Positions 12,234 through 17,220 of a stretch of 17,220 nt of DNA are shown piece after piece (position 1 is the first letter of the stretch; each line of letters starts with the position of its first letter). The stretch is taken from positions 1 through 17,220 of the IMG/VR virus record IMGVR_UViG_3300045988_133601; one strand, given 5' to 3'. The translations under genes were made by a program, and so were the position numbers. The notes under the pieces were generated by a model that was given only the letters and a program-made list of their open reading frames with translations, was not told the origin of the DNA and searched no databases. Origin of the DNA: a virus.

Positions 12234-14393
12234 CTATTCCGGTAACACTCCGTCTTGAGAGTTTACCAATACTTCATAGTATTCATTCGATACACCTAAG
12301 GTATAAGTGGTATCAATGATTCCTATATTACTTGCAGTTAATATTTCTTCCCCGTTGACTTTGATGTAATGGGGTTTCGAGTTGTTAAAGCAACTGATTG
12401 TCCGTCCGACATTTTCCATCCGGCGGCAGAGACGGAAATTATTACAGCACTTTAAGTTTTCCGCTCCAAGTTTCTTATTCATGCCAGCGACCGTAGACGT
12501 AAAACGCACGGGGTCTTTGCCAGATTGCGCCGCTTTTTCGTCCCATTCAACGCCGCAGTATTTTTTCGCGCCAAGGGTCTTAAACTGGATATAGAGGTCA
12601 TCCATATCCCAAACGCCGAGAATATAACGGTTGTCACCAACGTCACAAAACGCAGGAATGTCATTATCAATCGCACGTTTTGAAAGTAATTTGTTTTTCG
12701 CTTCAAATTCTGGAATGTGTACTTCTGGATGCAAAAACTTAATACTGTCGGTGTCGCAGTATACTACATCCATACCAACCACGTCCAGCATATCTTGTAA
12801 CTGCTTTCTTGCGTGGGCGGTAACATAGATTCCCCATTGATAGTGCAGAAAGCTATTCTTGCTTTCATAATACGTGTTCAGTGCTTTTTCCGCATCTGCT
12901 TTTTCCCGATGCCATTCTCCCGTAAAAGCATCCATTGCCCATTCGTCCTGCAAAAGATCGGTTACACACATCCCGAACGTGCTGTTTAGTTTATTCTTAG
13001 ATTTCATATATTCATAGACTTTATCGGGATTTCCTTTCAACTGGCTTTTTGCGATAAAAAATGACATCATCGTTTTACGCATACTTTCCGGTAATTTTCC
13101 GCGCGCGGCTACGTAGCACTCCGAGACGGTAAAGAAATCATAGTCGTATTGATTTTTTATGATCGACAAGTCAATTTCCGTCATTGCTATTTCACAGCAA
13201 TCAATCGACAATACGCGTCCATTATCAATCACACAATCTTTCCCGTGCTTCTGACACTTTGACAGCGGGATATACGGGACGGGGATATTTTCTTTCATAC
13301 GCAAGTTGTCAAATTGTACCCGCATGATAACACAACGTGTAGCACACAAATTGTCAAACTGTTCTTGCGATGTAATCTCAACCGCCCGAAACGCACTCAT
13401 GGGATAGTAACCCATTGCTATCTGCGCGGGGTAGCTACTGGAAATATCCATGCTTCCCATTACGATTGCGTTTTCCCCTTTTTTCGCGGTGATCGTGTGC
13501 CCCGCGTGGATGCGGTTGGCGTGCGTGTTGCCGCCGCGGAACGCGTCTTTACAGAGTTGGTACTGCGGTAACGTGAGCGCAAGATCAGTAAATGCATCGG
13601 GATAATAGTTTTTATCCGCTTGCATGGCACGGCGGAACTCGCGCCGGACGTAGCCAGTGGAGGTAAGGGGGATTTCTGCGATGTTGTCCTCTTTACGCGC
13701 GGCGCGGATACACTCGCAGAGACCGCGAACATCATTATAGCAATATCCCTGTTCAACGTCCGTAAGAGGTGTTATTGGTGTACGTAGTTTTTTGTAATCA
13801 TACGTATCAACCAGTTTATAATGGGTTACACACTCACTGTTTTCACAGAATTTCGCAAGACTCATGTTGCTGAGAAAATACGAACAGCGGAACTCGATAC
13901 CGTACTTGTAAGCGTAACATTTCATCACTTTATGTGCGTCACGCGCAAAAATTTCCGAAAACTCAATGAAATCTTTCATAAACTGGAATTCATAGGAAAG
14001 ATTATGTACGTAAACAACTGCACGTTTTTTGTCCGACGTTTGCAAGTATAAATGCAGTTTTTCGCAGAATGAAAGAAAGTCGTTCCATGTACGACCAAAG
14101 CATACCGTATCTTTCAAACAAAACTGCCAGTGATACAGAAAGGCAGTTCCTTTTACTACTTTTTCGCCCGTTTTATTATAGCGTTCATAGTCCAATTTTT
14201 CCAACGTAGTTGTTTCAATATCAAACGCCATTTCCACGTCATAATAAACGATAGGATTTTTCTTTCTACCACGCTTGCGGCATTCGCGCAAGTTCTGGAA
14301 AGATGTAAACGGAAAATCGTCAACACTGTAAATTGTTTCACGTGAAACATTCTCTTTCCCGTCTAGAATAACAGGGACTTCTAACTCGTACAT
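12234..14393 (-). CDS. Protein-primed family-B DNA polymerase (phi29 gp2-type)
   Basis: 719 aa. ExoI FDIETTT, ExoII HNLSYEFQF, ExoIII YCYNDVRGL, motif A DISSSYPAQ (phi29 DVNSLYPAQ), motif B KLNSTFGM (Kx3NSxYG), motif C YCDTDS (identical to phi29), KxY motif GAKKY. Confidence 0.95.
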   Translation of the reverse strand: MYELEVPVILDGKENVSRETIYSVDDFPFTSFQNLRECRKRGRKKNPIVYYDVEMAFDIETTTLEKLDYERYNKTGEKVVKGTAFLYHWQFCLKDTVCFGRTWNDFLSFCEKLHLYLQTSDKKRAVVYVHNLSYEFQFMKDFIEFSEIFARDAHKVMKCYAYKYGIEFRCSYFLSNMSLAKFCENSECVTHYKLVDTYDYKKLRTPITPLTDVEQGYCYNDVRGLCECIRAARKEDNIAEIPLTSTGYVRREFRRAMQADKNYYPDAFTDLALTLPQYQLCKDAFRGGNTHANRIHAGHTITAKKGENAIVMGSMDISSSYPAQIAMGYYPMSAFRAVEITSQEQFDNLCATRCVIMRVQFDNLRMKENIPVPYIPLSKCQKHGKDCVIDNGRVLSIDCCEIAMTEIDLSIIKNQYDYDFFTVSECYVAARGKLPESMRKTMMSFFIAKSQLKGNPDKVYEYMKSKNKLNSTFGMCVTDLLQDEWAMDAFTGEWHREKADAEKALNTYYESKNSFLHYQWGIYVTAHARKQLQDMLDVVGMDVVYCDTDSIKFLHPEVHIPEFEAKNKLLSKRAIDNDIPAFCDVGDNRYILGVWDMDDLYIQFKTLGAKKYCGVEWDEKAAQSGKDPVRFTSTVAGMNKKLGAENLKCCNNFRLCRRMENVGRTISCFNNSKPHYIKVNGEEILTASNIGIIDTTYTLGVSNEYYEVLVNSQDGVLPE

Positions 14394-14401
14394 TTTTACA
14401 C

Positions 14402-14980
14402 CTACTTCAATTTTAGTCTAGTTTCTGCAAAGAGTTCGTCTTCCGTAATGTAGCCGTCCAGATACTCTTTATACTCATCCATGATATCTTCGTAATCATA
14501 AGTATTATCACTCATTTTCAGAAGAAAATCATCAATGATCTGATTTGAGTCTAACTCTCTTCTAAGACTCTTCTTATATAAGTTGGACGTCAAAAAACGA
14601 TATAAATCCTTGTAATTACTTTCGTCTACTTTTTCTGCAATTTTCCCAGAATTGTCAAAACGTCGTTGCAATTCCGCAACACGATATCCCTCCAATGTTG
14701 TTTCGGGTGCGTTCAAAAACGCAACCATTGTATCCCATTCCTGCCGGAGAGATGCTTCCGATCGTTTTACGCCTTTCAAGAAACGGTTTTTTTCACGCCC
14801 TTGAGACGCAAAAAATTCTTTTACGCGTCCGTACGCCCATTGGTCGCGGGCGTGAATTTTTTCCAGTTTGGCAAGGCGGCTATTTGCCGCCTGCGCAACA
14901 CGTGGGAGTTCACGTTTGATCTGATCAAGGGAGAGATCAAGTTCCTGGTAGATACTATAATCCTTTGATTGTGACATCAT
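14402..14980 (-). CDS. Candidate terminal (priming) protein
   Basis: 192 aa, immediately upstream of the polymerase as phi29 gene 3 is. Basic N-terminal two thirds; highly acidic, Tyr/Ser/Thr-containing C-terminus (SDNTYDYEDIMDEYKEYLDGYITEDE). No sequence similarity could be verified. Confidence 0.35.
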   Translation of the reverse strand: MMSQSKDYSIYQELDLSLDQIKRELPRVAQAANSRLAKLEKIHARDQWAYGRVKEFFASQGREKNRFLKGVKRSEASLRQEWDTMVAFLNAPETTLEGYRVAELQRRFDNSGKIAEKVDESNYKDLYRFLTSNLYKKSLRRELDSNQIIDDFLLKMSDNTYDYEDIMDEYKEYLDGYITEDELFAETRLKLK

Positions 14981-15204
14981 TCACACCCCCTTATAGTTAA
15001 GATTATGCCCTCATCATTTGAATCAATTTCAATTACTTCTTCGCTCAGTAACACACGGTTGCCATTATCAATATTTGCTATTCCATTCTTTGCAAGAAAA
15101 CTTGTTATCATGATATCATGTTTTTTACCAAAAATACTCATTCTCGCTTTGATAGTAATACGAGTATAACTTAAACACAATTCCGTAATATCTTTTACTC
15201 TCAT
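14977..15204 (-). CDS. Small early protein, paralogue family member A
   Basis: 75 aa; SD GGAGGTG; 4-nt overlaps with both neighbours. N-terminus MRVKDI..ITIKAR..IFG parallels the next gene. Confidence 0.7.
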   Translation of the reverse strand: MRVKDITELCLSYTRITIKARMSIFGKKHDIMITSFLAKNGIANIDNGNRVLLSEEVIEIDSNDEGIILTIRGCE

Positions 15205-15446
15205 ATGTTTGTCACCTCCCCATTAATATAAAGCATTAATGTTGTATCATAGATAATAATACCCTCTACTTCCTTGCAGAGTAACCATCGGTCTTCTTCA
15301 TCAAAACCGCGCATTATACTTGCGTTACATTCCCATGTTCTAATTATTGTTTCTTGCAATTCCCCAAACACACGGTATCTTGCGTAGATTTGTACAGTAA
15401 TCATGTGTACGGATTTTATTTTATTTAATATATCTTTTATTCTCAT
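15201..15446 (-). CDS. Small early protein, paralogue family member B
   Basis: 81 aa; SD GAGG. N-terminus MRIKDI..ITVQIYARYRVFG. Confidence 0.7.
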   Translation of the reverse strand: MRIKDILNKIKSVHMITVQIYARYRVFGELQETIIRTWECNASIMRGFDEEDRWLLCKEVEGIIIYDTTLMLYINGEVTNI

Positions 15447-15449
15447 TTC

Positions 15450-15698
15450 TCAACCTCTATTCTCTAATTCAATACGCACACCGTCCGTATCAATGTATAC
15501 ATAAGTAACAGCACACTTTCCATATGTTTTAACCGTATAAGAGTCAAGTAAATCTTTTCCAATTCCAGAAAAGATAATATGTTCTCGACCTAAGTATATA
15601 CGTACATCTTTACTACTATAACAATAAGATGCGACTTGAAACAAATTTTTGCAGTCAAAAAGTTTCTTTCTAAACTCTCTATTAGCGTTTACTATCAC
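15450..15698 (-). CDS. Small early protein, possible third paralogue
   Basis: The ORF track starts at TTG 15725 (no SD). An in-frame GTG at 15698 lies 6 nt behind AGGAGA, giving 82 aa. VRIYLGREHIIFSG and IDTDGVRIELE loosely parallel members A and B. Confidence 0.55.
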   Translation of the reverse strand: MIVNANREFRKKLFDCKNLFQVASYCYSSKDVRIYLGREHIIFSGIGKDLLDSYTVKTYGKCAVTYVYIDTDGVRIELENRG

Positions 15699-15718
15699 AT
15701 CAAGTCTCCTTTCTACAA

Positions 15719-16096
15719 TTAGCAACCGCGTTCTTCATAATAATGACAATCTTCGAAAAGATTGTTATCTTTATCATACAGCGGACACTCTGTACAATTA
15801 TCGTTAGCAGAACAGATAACGGAATGTTTGATTTCAATATAATAAGTTATGTAAGCATAACGAGTACTTGCGGAATTATTGGATTTTACAGTAAATCCGG
15901 CACCAAAACGTCCTTTATATGGTTTCGGATTATAGGTTGCATTTTTACGAATGTAACCGTTTGTCATAAACGAGTGAGAATAAGCATACACTTTAAACTC
16001 CATTCCTACTTTTCTTGTTACATAGAAAGGAAGGTCAACAACGCTATTTTGCATTTTAACAAGTTCTTCATAAGTCATTTTTTGATTAATTCTCAT
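15719..16096 (-). CDS. Early protein with Cys-rich C-terminus (possible metal-binding), function unknown
   Basis: 125 aa; SD AAGAGGA. C-terminus CSANDNCTECPLYDKDNNLFEDCHYYEERGC (C-x5-C-x2-C ... C-x8-C). Confidence 0.7.
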   Translation of the reverse strand: MRINQKMTYEELVKMQNSVVDLPFYVTRKVGMEFKVYAYSHSFMTNGYIRKNATYNPKPYKGRFGAGFTVKSNNSASTRYAYITYYIEIKHSVICSANDNCTECPLYDKDNNLFEDCHYYEERGC

Positions 16097-16144
16097 GTTA
16101 TCCTCTTTTCTCCCCGTATTGCCGATAGATCAGCAGTTTTAATT

Positions 16145-16423
16145 TTATCTATTGCAAGACATCTTGTAGGTAGCAGACATTTCCGGTCTAAGATCTGTGT
16201 AGTAATAAAAAGCATCTTCCGAAAAATGCTCTCCATTTACTATTTCTATTCCATTTTCATAGATAGAAAAGAAAATTTCACTATTTTCTTTCATAGCTTG
16301 TGAACAGAAAGTTTTTACTAAACCATTTGCTATTAATAATGACTCAACTTTATATCTGAAAATCTCTTTTCCATATTTTGTTACTACAACTTCATAGCCA
16401 CTATGTCTATTAATTTCTTTCAT
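16145..16423 (-). CDS. First early protein, function unknown
   Basis: The second ATG (16423) lies 8 nt behind GGAGGA, which is itself formed by the first ATG codon region; this gives 92 aa. The ORF-track start 16438 is possible but has no SD. Confidence 0.7.
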   Translation of the reverse strand: MKEINRHSGYEVVVTKYGKEIFRYKVESLLIANGLVKTFCSQAMKENSEIFFSIYENGIEIVNGEHFSEDAFYYYTDLRPEMSATYKMSCNR

Positions 16424-16480
16424 TTTTGTTTCCTCCATTTTCTATTTTTGTATTATTGGTTTTTCCTTGTTTCTGATATT

Positions 16481-16509
16481 ACAATACAACTTTTCTATAA
16501 ATATGTCAA
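16481..16509 (-). promoter_or_regulatory. Early promoter
   Basis: Minus strand: TTGACA (16509-16504), 17-nt spacer, TATTGT (16486-16481), about 50 nt upstream of the first early gene and just inside the right ITR boundary. Confidence 0.5.
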
Positions 16510-16512
16510 TGC

Positions 16513-16537
16513 TTTTCTAGAAAAATTTCTAGAAAAT
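16513..16537. promoter_or_regulatory. Two tandem TTTCTAGAAA palindromes (operator-like) abutting the -35 of the early promoter
   Basis: TTTTCTAGAAAA 16513-16524 is a perfect 12-bp palindrome; TTTCTAGAAA 16526-16535 is a perfect 10-bp palindrome. Centres are 12 bp apart. Confidence 0.6.
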
Positions 16538-16999
16538 TTATATCACTAATCCTACACAAATAAACCCTACACCCGTATCCGCCACCCGGAGGACAACCGC
16601 CTCCGGCGGTCATCGGCGGACAACCGAGCGATCACTCACGATTACTAACTTTACACATATAAATAACAGGCAGTCCGCGGAGCGGACGACACCGGGCGAT
16701 CACAAACGTTACACATATAATCAACCACATGGCAGCCGCGGGCAACCGCGGAGCGGTGACCCCGCAAGGGCAGGCGCGGACGGGAGCGAAGCGAATGGAC
16801 GCGCCGTGTCCGTCACTCGCGGACACTTTAGCAGACTAAAGTGAGTCCCCGTTTCCGATGTGTCCGCGACCCGCGGACAAACTGGCGGTTTTGCCCACTT
16901 TTCGGGTAAAATGAGTTAATAAAACGGAAGAATTGTGTGTGAATCGGGAGGAAAACGTGAATAATTGTTGAATTGTATAGACAATTAGACGGGACTAAC

Positions 17000-17028
17000 A
17001 CTTTAGTCGGGTAAAGCGTATTTGTCAA
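17000..17028 (-). promoter_or_regulatory. ITR-R copy of the inward promoter TTGACA-17-TAAAGT, oriented toward the early genes
   Basis: tgtcaa at 17023-17028 and acttta at 17000-17005 on the plus strand. Confidence 0.35.
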
Positions 17029-17061
17029 GTTGGAAAAATGCATAAAAATTTCGGGCATATG

Positions 17062-17070
17062 TGTTATAAT
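17062..17070 (+). promoter_or_regulatory. ITR-R copy of the terminus-facing extended -10 TGTTATAAT
   Basis: Mirror of 151-159. Confidence 0.3.
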
Positions 17071-17109
17071 AAGTATTAAAAAGTGAACAAATGCAATGAA
17101 ATAGTTTGC

Positions 17110-17144
17110 AAAAGCGGTGTCTTTCCCTGGCGGACACCGCTTTT
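17110..17144. terminator. ITR-R copy of the hairpin with flanking A/T runs
   Basis: Mirror of 77-111. Confidence 0.5.
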
Positions 17145-17220
17145 ATTGTGCAAAGTGCTGTCCGCCGTACGCGGACAAAATTGGGAAAATGTCCGCGTGG
17201 GACGGACAGTATATATCTTT

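Larger units (their letters stand above)
16572..17220. repeat. Right inverted terminal repeat (ITR-R)
   Basis: Reverse complement of 1-649 (see ITR-L). Confidence 0.95.

Noticed and set aside
1-17220. Interpretation as a transposon, casposon, polinton-like element or linear plasmid (ITRs plus a protein-primed PolB)
   Set aside because: There is no transposase, integrase or Cas1. The ITRs coincide with the window ends. A full phi29-type virion module (ATPase, scaffold, capsid, portal, collar, knob, appendage) and a lysis module are present, so this is a phage genome.
1-17220. tRNA, rRNA, integrase, lysogeny or known defence/anti-defence genes
   Set aside because: None was recognisable by eye. 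The genome looks strictly lytic. The absence of tRNAs should be confirmed with tRNAscan-SE.

Overview
The 17,220-bp window is one complete linear dsDNA genome of a small phi29-like (protein-primed, Picovirinae-type) podophage, probably of a Gram-positive host. It is bounded by ~650-bp inverted terminal repeats (1-649 / 16572-17220, exact for 627 bp) that start 5'-AAAG as phi29 does. All credible genes are on the minus strand, tightly packed, and mostly preceded by AGGAGG-type Shine-Dalgarno (SD) sites. Right to left: an early promoter with tandem palindromic operator-like sites; five small early ORFs (two, perhaps three, tandem paralogues); a candidate terminal protein; a 719-aa phi29-type family-B DNA polymerase; a 40-aa hydrophobic mini-ORF missed by the ORF track; a second promoter; a possible p6-like DNA-binding protein carrying a 36-bp tandem duplication; a gp2.5/DUF2815-like SSB candidate; a terminator; and a 340-bp repeat-rich control region. 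Then come the gp16-like packaging ATPase; a lysis cassette (unknown 96 aa, BhlA/UviB-like holin, Amidase_5+SH3b endolysin); a tail-associated peptidoglycan hydrolase; scaffold; gp8-like major capsid protein; gp9-like tail knob; gp10-like portal; gp11-like lower collar; and a receptor-binding appendage with a GDPD domain. The most unusual features are the very long, apparently non-coding ITRs packed with TGTCCG(C)/(G)CGGACA palindromes and other repeat families, an 8-mer shared between the ITR and the late control region, the lack of an obvious pRNA gene, and several operator or RNA-structure candidates. No search or folding program could be run. Homology statements rest on motifs and on remembered phi29 protein sequences, and need HMM/BLAST confirmation.
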